The position numbers were made by a program, and so were the translations under genes. DNA of 64,000 nucleotides, taken from NCBI GenBank assembly GCA_964252035.1, contig OZ176203.1; one strand, 5' to 3'. The stretch's first letter is position 1; every line of letters starts with the position of its first letter. Below the pieces are notes generated by a model. That model saw nothing but the letters and a program-made list of their open reading frames with translations, had not been told where the DNA came from and did not search any database. Below, one piece after another: positions 51,501-60,353 of the stretch. The stretch is from Podarcis erhardii (Eukaryota).

Positions 51501-54500
51501 GAACATACACACTCAGGCAGTTATGCATTTCAGTGGGCAAAATGCAGTTTGCCCTTCCTCATATTTACCCAATAGTGCAGTATGATGTTTACTCTCAGGA
51601 GCCACAGCTAAAAGTGGAGCCATGTACTGGTAGGTAAATTTGTTTGAAACTATGCATGTTAATTTCTCTTGCTACGTGTCTAAATTAGCTACTTTCCAAT
51701 TTGAAATATGTTCTGCAACTTATGAACTAGTTTGGAGGACTAAATTCTCAGTAACTAGCTTGCAACAAGAGTCAAATATACAAATGCTTAACATTTTGAA
51801 ATACACTAATTTCAGTGTAATGTGTTTTTGCATTGTCTTGATAGTTTTATTGAAGGGCAGTCCTAGATAGCTTTTTGATAAAGTTTGTCAGCTAGCTGCC
51901 ATTGGAAATGGTTTTCTCGTAACCTTGCAGAACAGCTAGATAAATCTTGAGTAATTAGACATTCGTGAACCTGGTGCTTTGGAAATAAATGTACATTACA
52001 TAGTTTAACTCAATGAGGCCAAGGGAAACTTTTAACTGATTTTGCTGCTGGAGCCACTGTTCTTGCCAAGTAACTTCCTACAATATCTGTTGCAATATCT
52101 GAGTACATTCTAGGTTGTGAAAAATTGTGGGACACATGCCTTGTCTTGCCTGGCTTTCCTCAGTTTTGGGCAGTTTGCTTTGGCTGTTTCCAATGCAGGA
52201 AACTATTGAACTTCTCATTTACTTAGAAGAGCTTCTCAATCAAGGAAGATGCTGAAATATAGCCTTAGCTGTGAAGGCTCTTGCTGTGGAACTTGTTCCA
52301 CAGCTGAATCCACCAACTTGAAAATTCTGTGTATGGTTTTCCCTACTTAGAGGAAGTGAAGTTTGCATTTCACATACTGTATTTTTCGCCCTATAGGACG
52401 CACCGGCCCACAGGACGCACCTAGATTTGGGGGGGGGGGGATAAAGGGGGAAAAATTATTTTCTCCCCAGGCGCGGGGCTGGGGAGGGGGAAGCCCTCCG
52501 CCAGCCTCCAAACCACGTCGGGAGACAGCGGGATGGTGCGCTGCGCCTCCCCGCTGTCCCCCGAGCTTGTGGGGCTGGCGGTGGGGCTCTCCTGAATCCT
52601 GGAGAGCGAGAGGGGTCGGTCCGCACCGACCCCTCTCGCTCTCCAGGCTGCAGCGAAAGCCTGCATTCGTCCCATAGGACGCACACACATTTCCCCTTCA
52701 TTTTTGGAGGGGGAAAAGTGCGTCCTATAGGGCGAAAAATACGGTAATTATTTTGATCATTAATATGCAAAAAAGAGGGATGCTGGAGGATTCCTGTTTC
52801 CTCTGTGAGTGAAGCTACCCTTTCCCCTGCCCCTCAGAGCCATACATGGTTCAGCATACCGATTTGTGGGTTGGTCCACAATTTACTAACCAACATATGC
52901 ATGGGTCCAACAAGACAACTGAACATGCTGTGGTTTAGTTACTAGCTGCTCCAAGCAGCTGTAGAATGTTAGAGAGAGAAGGTGGCTCCCAGGCCTTGTT
53001 GCAAGGACATTATTATTTTTCTTTTATTATAACTTCAGATTTTCTCTGTCTATGCATGTAAACAGGACACATGGATCCAAGCCAAGATCTGGAAGCCAAG
53101 TTTCAACCATGGTTTCATATTTTGGTTTTCTGGCTAGCTATCAACCACAGATTCTCAGTTTGGACATAATGGCTAGCACACGTTTCCTTTGTTTGCACAA
53201 AGGGAAGGGCAAAGCAGGAGCAATCTTGGGGTGTATAAACCAAGATTTAATCATCCATATGTAGCCATTGTGGTTGTTCTGAGACAGCAGAATTAATTGT
53301 TTCTCTTCACCGCTACTTCATTTTTTTTCCAGACAGCCTTTTGGCTGGGATTCCTCAGAAGGTAAAATTTACAGTGACTACTGGCCATTATACCATAAAG
53401 AATGGAGATGCACTCCAGCTAAGTAATGCTGATGCCATGCCAATTTTGTACCACCCAGAGAGTAAAGCTGTGATTTACTCAAACACAAAGGGTATGTAGT
53501 TTCGGTATTATACTAATATTAGTATTTTGATGAAAGAGGGCTTCCTGCAGCCAGGATATAGAAATGTCATAGGAGCTGCGTGGTAATTGTAGGTGTACGA
53601 ACTTAGCCTCCAATTTTATATTTACTTCTTAAATCTGTTTTACTATAATAGGTTTAAGCTTTTGTTGATCACAACCTCAAGAAACCTGGTTCAATGTAGT
53701 ATGTAGAGTAGCTGCTTCTGATGTATTAGTTGTCTGATTCTCTGCACAACAGTCTGAAAACATATGGCAAGGAAAATATATTTGGAAGCAGTTTAATCTT
53801 TTATCAATTCTGAGCAGGGTTGTTATCCCAAGGGTTACCATATAAATTAACTTTCTCTATCTCAGCACCCTCCCTGCTAACTAATTTTTTGTTCACAATC
53901 ATAGCCATGATTCAGAAGTGTGCATCAAAACCATTCTAAGCACTTCTTTATTAGCAGCTTTCTCTTCCATGGCGTAAACATCAGTGTTTAAGAAAGGGAA
54001 TTTGTTATGAGAGCTTCCATATAGGTAAAGTACTTCCAATATTCTGGCATATATCCAACTCTGCACAAGTGGAGTTCTTGTGGTGCAGGACTGGGAAACC
54101 TTTGGTCTTCTGAATGTTCCTGAACTGCAGTTCCCATCATCCTCAGCCAGCATGGCCTAATGGCTAGATATTATAGGACTTGTAGTCCAAAACATCTGAA
54201 GAGCACCAAGTTGCAGATGCTGCTATAGAGAACTGCTTAAGAAAAGCCACTACACAAACTGTTGCATTCTGTCCATGTAAGTCTCTGGATTGCATAATGA
54301 CTTTGGTACAGTGGCCAAAGTCTTGAGATCATGCTTGGTCTCAAAGAAAGGGCATTAGATGAATATGTTATAACACCTGCAAAAAGTTACCTAGTGGGTT
54401 AATTCAGACAAATAGCAAGCCATGATTTGTGTTAACTGTATAAGGTAAACCATGGCTTGTGTGGTTTCCTTTTTTTCCCTTCATCCCTACTGAGAGTCCC

Positions 54501-55823
54501 CAAAAGTTACCTCACGCAGTAAAACCCAGTGTGGTTTGTTGGTTTAGAGGCAATGCCACACTTTATTTTGAGGAATACCATGTGTTTGGAGTGAAGTGAT
54601 TATTCTTAATTATAGTTTAATTGATATTTTATGCAATTGTAGAAAAGGCATCGGAAGCATCTCTAATGATCCAGTCGTCTGAGAAAATCACAAGCATCAG
54701 CTTACCTGTGGCTCCTGCTTATCACGTGATTGCCTTTGAACTCGAAGTCTTGTATTTACCATCAACCTCAGTAAGCGTGCTGGAGAATGAGAACCTGGTT
54801 AGCAAAGAGCTTCAGAAAAAAAGCAAAGAGGAGATGTCTTGCAATCGTATGGCTACAATTGATCAAAAAGTAAGTTGGCGTGAATAATGTAATACTTTAT
54901 AGCCCTGTTAAAGTAGTTACTTCCTTTGAGATGGCAAATTGATTTATTACACCCAGAATATTAGAGGAATGCTGTGTTCTTTGGGACCACAAAATAAAGC
55001 TGTGCAGTAAAATATTGTAAAATGTAAAGATATTTTCCTCTGTGAACAAAAGCTACACCACAAAACACAACATTTTAACCACAGCTTTTTGTTCTTGAAA
55101 TACACAAAACAGCACCTCCTGAAAAGAAGCTGATTCTTTGTAACTTCATTCCTGTTTTTGCCACCTTGCTCTAAAGCAAATTAAATGTGCCTGGTGTGCA
55201 GTGACTGTAGAAATACAAGAAAATAATAATGTACAAAAAATACTCTGATTTTGCTTTATGTTCTTATTTCCCCTCCCAATAAAGGGTACACTTCTTAAGA
55301 AATATTGCAACTATTTGAAATTAGAAAAATTAAAATTTCAGTAATAACCTTAATTACTTTATTCTATCTTGCCTGCAGGTAACCATTGATTGTCCATGGT
55401 CAATTTACTCCACCATTATTGCACTTACATTCAGTATACCCTTTACAGCCAAACATTCCTTGTTATCAGCAGGCAAAAGGTAACTTTCTCAAGGTCTCTC
55501 TCTTAATTCATCATAAAGATATGTCATATTACAGCTACAGTTTACAACAATATGAATGGGCAAGGAGTTTTGAACGCCTGGCCTGTTTTCTCCCTCCTTT
55601 TGTGCTTCCATAAATCAATGCCATACCTGCTTACTTGAGAGTATAAATACATAGTGATATGGTAGAGTATTTTTAATTTCACCTTTTCCAATGGGAGACT
55701 AACATAAAAACAGAATCTTGACTTTGAGTACAGTGGTTTGTTTAATTTAAATGTAATTTTAGCATGATAAAACAGTGCTATGAATATGTAGAGCTCTTTT
55801 TCTCTATTATTTAAGCCTTTAGC

Positions 55824-55871
<48 letters not shown>

Positions 55872-58800
55872 CTAACAATACAATACATAACAAAGTAGGC
55901 TCTTTGCAATATTAAAAAATATGTTTTCCTTTTTATTTTTAGGAAATACATACAGGTTTGCGTGCAGAACATGTCAGATATCTCTTTTAAGTTATCTGAC
56001 AGTAGTCTTAAAAGTTCTGGCGTCTGCACAGATTTAAGTCTTGATCCTCTAAACTCCAAAGCTGAACAGGTAGGCTTTCTTTCTTGCTTTTTTTTATAAA
56101 TCAATTTTTATTATTAAGATAATTCAACATTAATACACACACGTTACGAATATACAAACATCACATCTGTTTCTCACATCTGTTCCCCCTCCCCGACCCC
56201 AAAAGTGTATAGAAAAAGCATTATGAACCTCAGCTAATTGGAACTCATTGACTGTGTTTGAATGCCACACTAAACTGTTAGGAAAACATTAATGAGCTTC
56301 CTCCCTAGCTCACATGCTACTTTGCTCCCATATTTTGCTCCTGCACGGCCAGGAGAAGGAGTTAGAAACACTCTCTTCCATTTTTGGTTAGCTGGGGTTT
56401 TTCATATTCAACACCATACAAAAGAAAAAGGAGAAAAGAAAATGGAGTCAGGTTTCAAGTTGTGGAATAGCAATTGCTGGAGATAGTTCTGCGAGAGGAA
56501 AACCGAATAGCAGTTGGTTGCAGCCATATTGATGGAGGCTCATGCACAGAATTCTCATAGCATAAACCCCAATTTTGCTGTTCACAACCCAAATTATGCT
56601 GCTTCCCTCCTCCTTGCTCCTTCCAGCTCATGCTGAGAGAAAACAAATCACAGCCTGCGACTTAGCAATATGTCAGAACCATGGATCATGGTTTGTTTGG
56701 TTCCAGCAATCCGCAATCAATAATCCAAGAACAAATGTTGGCCACACATAATGATTTGGGAGCAAAACAAAGCACAGTCTTGGGTTTGTCTGTAACACTA
56801 AGCCAAGCCTCGTGGTTTGCTTTCTCCCAGCATCAGCCAAGAGGGCTGAAACAGACACAGTTTTGCTTGTGTGTAGTTAGCTGTCATAGCTAACCACAAG
56901 AGCTCACATTTGTTTTAAGTCAAACCAATGTGAGGGATCCAGGGTTCTGAGCAAACTATTCAGCCTTGAGGGAAGGGGTTGCTGCATGCAGTGCTGTTGA
57001 CGAATACACTGTCCACCCCTATTGAATTTTTTTTTTTTAAGTATGTATATTCTGTTCTTTGTTAGCTAACACCAGAGTGACTATTGACAAACCCATAACT
57101 CTCTCTTTCAGCATATCTACACTAAGCAAGCAGTATTCTTTGTATGGGAACTGAAGTGGACAAAAGAACTTCCCTCATCTTTGCAATGCCAGTTTTCAGT
57201 GAACTTTCGTTCAGCACCTTCTGAAGAGCACTCACTGTCTCTGAAGCCGTACACTTACGAATTCCAGCTGGAAAACTTTTTTGTAAGTTTTTTGCCACAC
57301 TGACAGCTAGATCAGATAGGTTGGATATTTTCCAGAGTGAGAGCAGGCAGATTCAAGGAATCCACATTAAAAGATTGTCGGGTGGGGCTTTCAAATGTTT
57401 ATTTATTTAACAGTATTCATTTACTGCTTGCCATTATCAGACAATCTCAAAATGGTTTACAGGAGTAAAAATTTAAAATTCCATATTGTAATTCTGGAAG
57501 ACTCGAAGGGTTGGTTTGTGCCAGGCACTTGCCACATTGAGACCACTCGATCACTGCTTGGCAAGTGGCTCTTACTGCTCCTGCAGTGTCTAGAGTGGAT
57601 TATTTGTGGATTGTCACAACCCTGGGGCATTCCTGGGCCATTGCTGGAATTTCTGATAGTGGCTAGTGGTGTCATAGAGATTTCTGCATGACAGCAGTGC
57701 CCCAAGGGACAAGCCATTCTAGATATTACAACCTCCGTGTGGCACAGTTGCCACATGATGATGTTTTAGGAAGCCATCACATGTTGAATGTAATGTTTGG
57801 TACTTGTTTAGCATCAATACGTTTTGGGCTTGTTTGTGTTTACGATACAGAGTTGATTTTCAGGCTTTCGCCCTAGCTTTTGTGGCTTGGTCCTATATTT
57901 TATGGAAAAGTAGAAGACAGACTTTCTCCTCCCCTGCCAATCTCCTTTTACTGATAGATTATCTTTCCTAATCAGTTTAATTGTGGACATGTTTAACCTT
58001 GTGTATATAATGACCATGAATATCATTGTGCTCCTGCCAGACATTATATAATGTGAAAGCTGAGATTTCCCCCCCATTGGGGGCAGAATATTGTAAAACA
58101 GGCTCGTTGTGCTCACTGGAGGTGTCGATCACCCGCCTTTCAGACCTCCTGGATGTGGACAAAGACGAAGCATTGACAGAATCTGATGGTTACTGCACAA
58201 CAAAGCTAATGTATGAAGGTAGGCATACTAATTGGACTGCGTTTTGTGTGGTTTAGTCACTCAGGTCACCCAAAAGTGTATGTAGCTCTAATATCCAAAG
58301 AATTTACCCCCCTCCAATTATCTTGAATTAAATCTATAGTAATTCTTAATCTTACAGCTATCAACAGGATTTTAAATATGTGTATGTATCTTCATCAAAT
58401 CATTTTGTTTGTATGGCATCACTGACTATCTCATGAAGCTTGTATGAGGACTACATCAGACATTTTATATAGCTCCCCCATAAGTGTGGCTTATACAGTA
58501 TTCAAAATGAAAAATGGATTTCAGTAACTATTTCCTTTTAATAGTGTTTTCTCTTTTGTTTCAGTTGTAGACAATAGTAGTAACTGGGCAGTCTGTGGGA
58601 AGAGCTCAGGGGTAATATCTATGCCAATTGCAGTTCGGGCAACCCACAAAGTGCACATGGAAGTCATGCCACTCTTTGCTGGATACCTCCCTTTTCCTGA
58701 TGTTAGGCTATTTAAATACCTCCCGCACTACTCTGCTCACTCTATGCAGCTCGATGCAGGTAAGAAAGTATTCCTTCCAACGCTTTGTTTAAAGGCCTGA

Positions 58801-60064
58801 AACACGGATAATCTTGAACAGTTTGTTTAGGTGCTTACATGAATGTTTAAAATGCACTAGACTTTTTCAGCTGAGAAAGTTGGAAAGACAGGTGATTTTC
58901 AGCAAGAAGGGTCTCCCAGGGTGGCTTGCAGAATATCAGTAATGAGATAGTATCAGGCTTATATTTGAAAAGACACAATTCAAAAAGAAAAGGTATTGGG
59001 AGAGATGGGGAAGACAGGCACTAACACTAAATTATAGTTCTCATGACCAGCTGGAACGGGAAAGAGGAGTCACATATTGCTGGTTTTTCAGCAGTCAGTG
59101 GAAAGGCTGTGGACTTCCAGCCCCTTTTTTCTGTCTGCCCCCATCGTCTAATGGGACAGCTGCTGATAGAGAACATTTGCAGTCCAATTTCTCCTGTAGC
59201 TTGATGGCATGGCATGACACACATTATGTGCAATCATTGCCTTGGAATGCTTTCAGCGCTCTTATGCACAGGACTGGCAGATACTTGAAGTATGATTTAA
59301 CAGTTTCTTGCTCTTGTGGGAGTTCCAGTAAGTGCACAGAAATCTATATGCACTGGGGCTTCCCCATTCGCTGCAATGCTTTATTTACTGTGTTTATATG
59401 GTGTCCTTATGCCACGGCACTCAGTAAATCACTGAAACAAAAACAGGTACAGAAGATGTAACAGTGAAACAGCAGAATTGTTTCAGACCTTTTGTCCTTC
59501 CAGGCGTTGATGGGATGGACTCCCTGGCCTGGCCTTTTTTGCTTCCCCTTCTGGGCACCCAAGTCTGTTGCCTGTGAAGAGGTGGAAAAGGGACTGCCCC
59601 GCGTGAGCACTCTCAGGCCAATGGCAGTTTTTTCAGGAGCTGATGGCATGAGCTGCCCAGCCTTGGGCTCTCTTCAGTCTTTTTAGCACAGATTTTAAAA
59701 AGTGTTTCTGTAAATAAGTCATGCAGGGATGTCTGATTCCTTCTAGGTGATGAACCCTAAATTGATTATAGTTCATACTGTAGATGCACATGGAATAAAG
59801 TTTTGCATTTTTGTTTTTTAAACAGATAGTTGGATCGAAAACGATAATCTCTCTGTGGACAAGAATATGGATGATCAAGCTGACAGCAGCAGCATAAAGA
59901 GCAGAGGCAGCATCCATTCAGCAGCCAGTGCAGAACACAAAGGTTTACCAATGCCTCGGCTGCAATCGTTTTCACCTGGACAGGTCTTCAACTCCAGCTC
60001 TGGCATGCAAATCCTTGTCATTCCCAGCAAGGATGATCACATTCTGGAGGTCAATGTCACATGA
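17162..60064 (+). CDS. TRAPPC10: TRAPPC10 (trafficking protein particle complex subunit 10, TRAPPII), complete spliced CDS, 23 exons, 1289 aa
   Basis: The 23 exons listed below all have GT-AG boundaries and compatible phases, total 3870 nt; the translation is colinear with recalled human TRAPPC10 from PPVIYTMENKPIVT to DDHILEVNVT*. Confidence 0.98.
18824..18880 (+). mobile_element. Sauria SINE 3' fragment
   Basis: caaccccagagtcggtcacgactggacgtaatggtcaggggtcccgttaccttt matches the 3' end of the copy at 4737. Confidence 0.85.
18957..19202 (+). mobile_element. Mariner/Tigger-like MITE, copy 1
   Basis: TIRs cagtggtacctcgggtta / taacccgaggtaccactg with TA duplication; three similar copies in the window. 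Confidence 0.9.
20290..20700 (-). mobile_element. Old, deleted L2 LINE ORF2 remnant
   Basis: Minus strand ggatggtattgcactcctcctgaagg...agcttgggagt, aggacagcctttaccagtttcgtctg and tttaaagcctaaatggtttgagaccag correspond to the L2 motifs DGVALPLK..SLGV, AFYQLRL and KALNGLGP. Confidence 0.7.
23914..24143 (-). mobile_element. Mariner/Tigger-like MITE, copy 2 (inverted relative to copies 1 and 3)
   Basis: Same TIRs and TA duplication; the interior is the reverse complement of 18957-19202. Confidence 0.9.
28440..28530. mobile_element. Palindromic MITE fragment; related copies near 6000, 34240, 34720 and 54085
   Basis: Imperfect inverted arms ctccaggtgctgttggactcc / ggagttcagcaacatctggag; the motif recurs in the window. 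Confidence 0.6.
32801..32882 (+). CDS. TRAPPC10: TRAPPC10 exon 2
   Basis: tttctcag|..AGDQNLFSSLYPTLSQQLPREPMEWR..|gtagtt, 82 nt. Confidence 0.97.
33454..33589 (+). CDS. TRAPPC10: TRAPPC10 exon 3
   Basis: ttcag|SYGRAPKMIHLESNF...HIYWTECC|gtaagt, 136 nt. Confidence 0.97.
33945..34141 (+). CDS. TRAPPC10: TRAPPC10 exon 4
   Basis: ccttag|DTEVYKATVKDD...FCNKQSD|gtaagt, 197 nt. Confidence 0.97.
35320..35456 (+). mobile_element. 5'-truncated Sauria SINE with 11-bp TSD
   Basis: Body and tail match the copy at 4737; taaaacataca is duplicated at 35309-35319 and 35457-35467. Confidence 0.9.
35787..35901 (+). mobile_element. tRNA-Lys-derived SINE with CR1-like tail (not a functional tRNA)
   Basis: tagctcagttggcagtgcatgagactctta(aaga)atctcagggtcatgggtttgagccccac follows tRNA-Lys(CTT) with a 4-nt insertion, then attcctgcattgcggggggttggact. 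Confidence 0.8.
36508..36542. repeat. (CA)17 microsatellite
   Basis: Directly visible. Confidence 0.95.
36974..37127 (+). mobile_element. tRNA-Ile-derived SINE with CR1-like tail
   Basis: tagctcagttggttagagcatggtgctgataacaccaaggtcgcaggttcgatcccc follows tRNA-Ile; the tail ttggactagatgatcctcggggtcccttccaactc...atgattc is CR1-like. Confidence 0.85.
37142..37337 (+). CDS. TRAPPC10: TRAPPC10 exon 5
   Basis: ccttacag|CVVLSDPLKDSSR...SFCEYFMVQ|gtatag, 196 nt. Confidence 0.97.
37766..37877 (+). CDS. TRAPPC10: TRAPPC10 exon 6
   Basis: aaaag|EELAFVFEMLQQFEDA...VVNFGAG|gtaagt, 112 nt. Confidence 0.97.
38123..38370 (+). CDS. TRAPPC10: TRAPPC10 exon 7
   Basis: gcatag|GANWLTFFCQPV...VQELKLLE|gtaagt, 248 nt. 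Confidence 0.97.
39082..39228 (+). CDS. TRAPPC10: TRAPPC10 exon 8
   Basis: ctttag|VSVPPGALDCWVFLSCLE...WSYATEK|gtaaac, 147 nt. Confidence 0.97.
40176..40290 (+). CDS. TRAPPC10: TRAPPC10 exon 9
   Basis: ctgcag|LKSLGYLCGLVSENGP...GAERPET|gtattt, 115 nt. Confidence 0.97.
40755..40891 (-). mobile_element. tRNA-Ile-derived SINE with CR1-like tail, antisense copy
   Basis: Its reverse complement aligns over about 130 nt to 36974-37102, including a perfect 46-nt block. Confidence 0.85.
41129..41205 (+). CDS. TRAPPC10: TRAPPC10 exon 10
   Basis: ttttgaag|NTAQSPYKKLKEALSSVEAFENHYL|gtaagt, 77 nt. Confidence 0.97.
41902..41993 (+). CDS. TRAPPC10: TRAPPC10 exon 11
   Basis: atgtag|DLSHATIEMYKNIGRSRSAKLVGKDLAEFY|gtaagg, 92 nt. 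Confidence 0.97.
42060..43300 (+). mobile_element. Decayed L2 LINE (reverse transcriptase region through 3' end, with deletions)
   Basis: LILLDISAFHTVNHGVLLDCL and GV..GS..PHALQYLYEAAG-type remnants correspond to the RT motifs LDLSAAFDT and GVPQGS; AT-rich 3' tail near 43280. Confidence 0.8.
43665..43915 (-). mobile_element. L2 LINE 3' end fragment
   Basis: aagaatgttttcagcaggtgctgaaaagagtacagtgaaggcacctg is reverse-complement L2 3' sequence. Confidence 0.6.
44010..44150 (+). CDS. TRAPPC10: TRAPPC10 exon 12
   Basis: cccaag|KKKSPQKAEVYLQGALK...QKHLGQVE|gtatcctt, 141 nt. Confidence 0.97.
44599..45165 (+). mobile_element. 5'-truncated RTE/BovB LINE with intact ORF2 C-terminus, (CAA)n tail and 12-bp TSD
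   Basis: EIKRRLLRGRKAMANLDNILKSRDITLPTK...IDAFELWCWRRLLRVPW...VHGVTKSRTRLND*; aatgtcacatat at 44587-44598 and 45166-45177. Confidence 0.95.
45195..45420 (+). mobile_element. CR1 LINE ORF2 fragment
   Basis: RELGIVVGSLVKVLTQCVPAAKKTNSMLGII corresponds to the CR1 RT C-terminal motif ERDLGV...QC..A.KKAN.MLG.I. Confidence 0.75.
45702..45814 (+). CDS. TRAPPC10: TRAPPC10 exon 13
   Basis: gtgccag|YLQTSSLLAADNHLTEEERKHYCQEILNFAKQPSEGE|gtaaga, 113 nt. Confidence 0.97.
47218..47732 (+). CDS. TRAPPC10: TRAPPC10 exon 14
   Basis: ttgcag|QKVILSMHSFAQL...NNITFRTQ|gtatgt, 515 nt. Confidence 0.97.
48204..48446 (+). mobile_element. Mariner/Tigger-like MITE, copy 3
   Basis: Same TIRs and TA duplication as 18957-19202. 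Confidence 0.9.
48455..49680 (+). mobile_element. L2 LINE 3' portion, split by an L1 insertion
   Basis: LTSRLDNCNA and ttgcactggttgccc...aaagccctgaac (LHWLP, KAL) motifs; the sequence resumes after the duplicated target site and ends in an AT-rich tail. Confidence 0.8.
48890..49451 (-). mobile_element. 5'-truncated L1-clade LINE with poly(A) and 19-bp TSD
   Basis: Open minus frame PEAFLLG...TTAARILLAKYWKMQELPTLEEW...EDWKKF to the stop at 49172; poly(T) on + near 48890; ttcagcaggcaccttctgt at 48871-48889 and 49452-49470. Confidence 0.9.
51488..51629 (+). CDS. TRAPPC10: TRAPPC10 exon 15
   Basis: ttctag|GKDPGTYTLRQLC...YSQEPQLKVEPCT|gtaggt, 142 nt. Confidence 0.96.
52375..52746. mobile_element. 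Tc1/mariner (pogo/Tigger-like) MITE with GC-rich interior
   Basis: TIRs c(t/c)gtatttttcgccctataggacgcac with TA duplication; related to 13221-13483, opposite orientation. Confidence 0.85.
53333..53491 (+). CDS. TRAPPC10: TRAPPC10 exon 16
   Basis: ttccag|SLLAGIPQKVKFTVTTGHY...VIYSNTK|gtatgt, 159 nt. Confidence 0.97.
54643..54869 (+). CDS. TRAPPC10: TRAPPC10 exon 17
   Basis: ttgtag|KASEASLMIQSSEKITSISLPVAPAYHVI...MATIDQK|gtaagt, 227 nt. Confidence 0.95.
55379..55479 (+). CDS. TRAPPC10: TRAPPC10 exon 18
   Basis: cctgcag|VTIDCPWSIYSTIIALTFSIPF...SAGK|gtaact, 101 nt. Confidence 0.97.
55824..55871. repeat. (AGAT)12 microsatellite
   Basis: Directly visible, about 70 nt upstream of exon 19. Confidence 0.95.
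55943..56069 (+). CDS. TRAPPC10: TRAPPC10 exon 19
   Basis: ttttag|KYIQVCVQNMSD...PLNSKAEQ|gtaggc, 127 nt. Confidence 0.96.
57112..57282 (+). CDS. TRAPPC10: TRAPPC10 exon 20
   Basis: ctttcag|HIYTKQAVFFVWELKW...YEFQLENFF|gtaagt, 171 nt. Confidence 0.97.
58041..58218 (+). CDS. TRAPPC10: TRAPPC10 exon 21
   Basis: ctgccag|TLYNVKAEISPP...TKLMYE|gtaggc, 178 nt. Confidence 0.97.
58565..58759 (+). CDS. TRAPPC10: TRAPPC10 exon 22
   Basis: tttcag|VDNSSNWAVCGKSSG...SMQLDA|gtaaga, 195 nt. Confidence 0.97.
59826..60064 (+). CDS. TRAPPC10: TRAPPC10 exon 23 (coding part, stop TGA 60062-60064)
   Basis: aacag|SWIENDNLSVDK...DDHILEVNVT*, 239 nt. Confidence 0.97.
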
Positions 60065-60303
60065 CAGCTCTCTGTACATGTGCATGGACATGCACATGAG
60101 ACTTGAAAATGAATGCACTTTAAGGGATCATAACCTGATTGTTCTTCATTTGAAACATTCTAACGCTAACGAGGCCTATGGCAACTCAACACTTGCTGGC
60201 CCTGGAAGCATCAGACAATTGTATCAATTTAAATGTACAGTGATGCTTGTGTCAGCTAGTTTATATTGCTATTTTAGGGTGTTTGTGTAAAATGAATTTT
60301 GGG

Positions 60304-60353
<50 letters not shown>

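Noticed and set aside
52347-52770. GC-rich block with several ORFs, possible second promoter
   Set aside because: It lies wholly within a TA-flanked mariner-type MITE.
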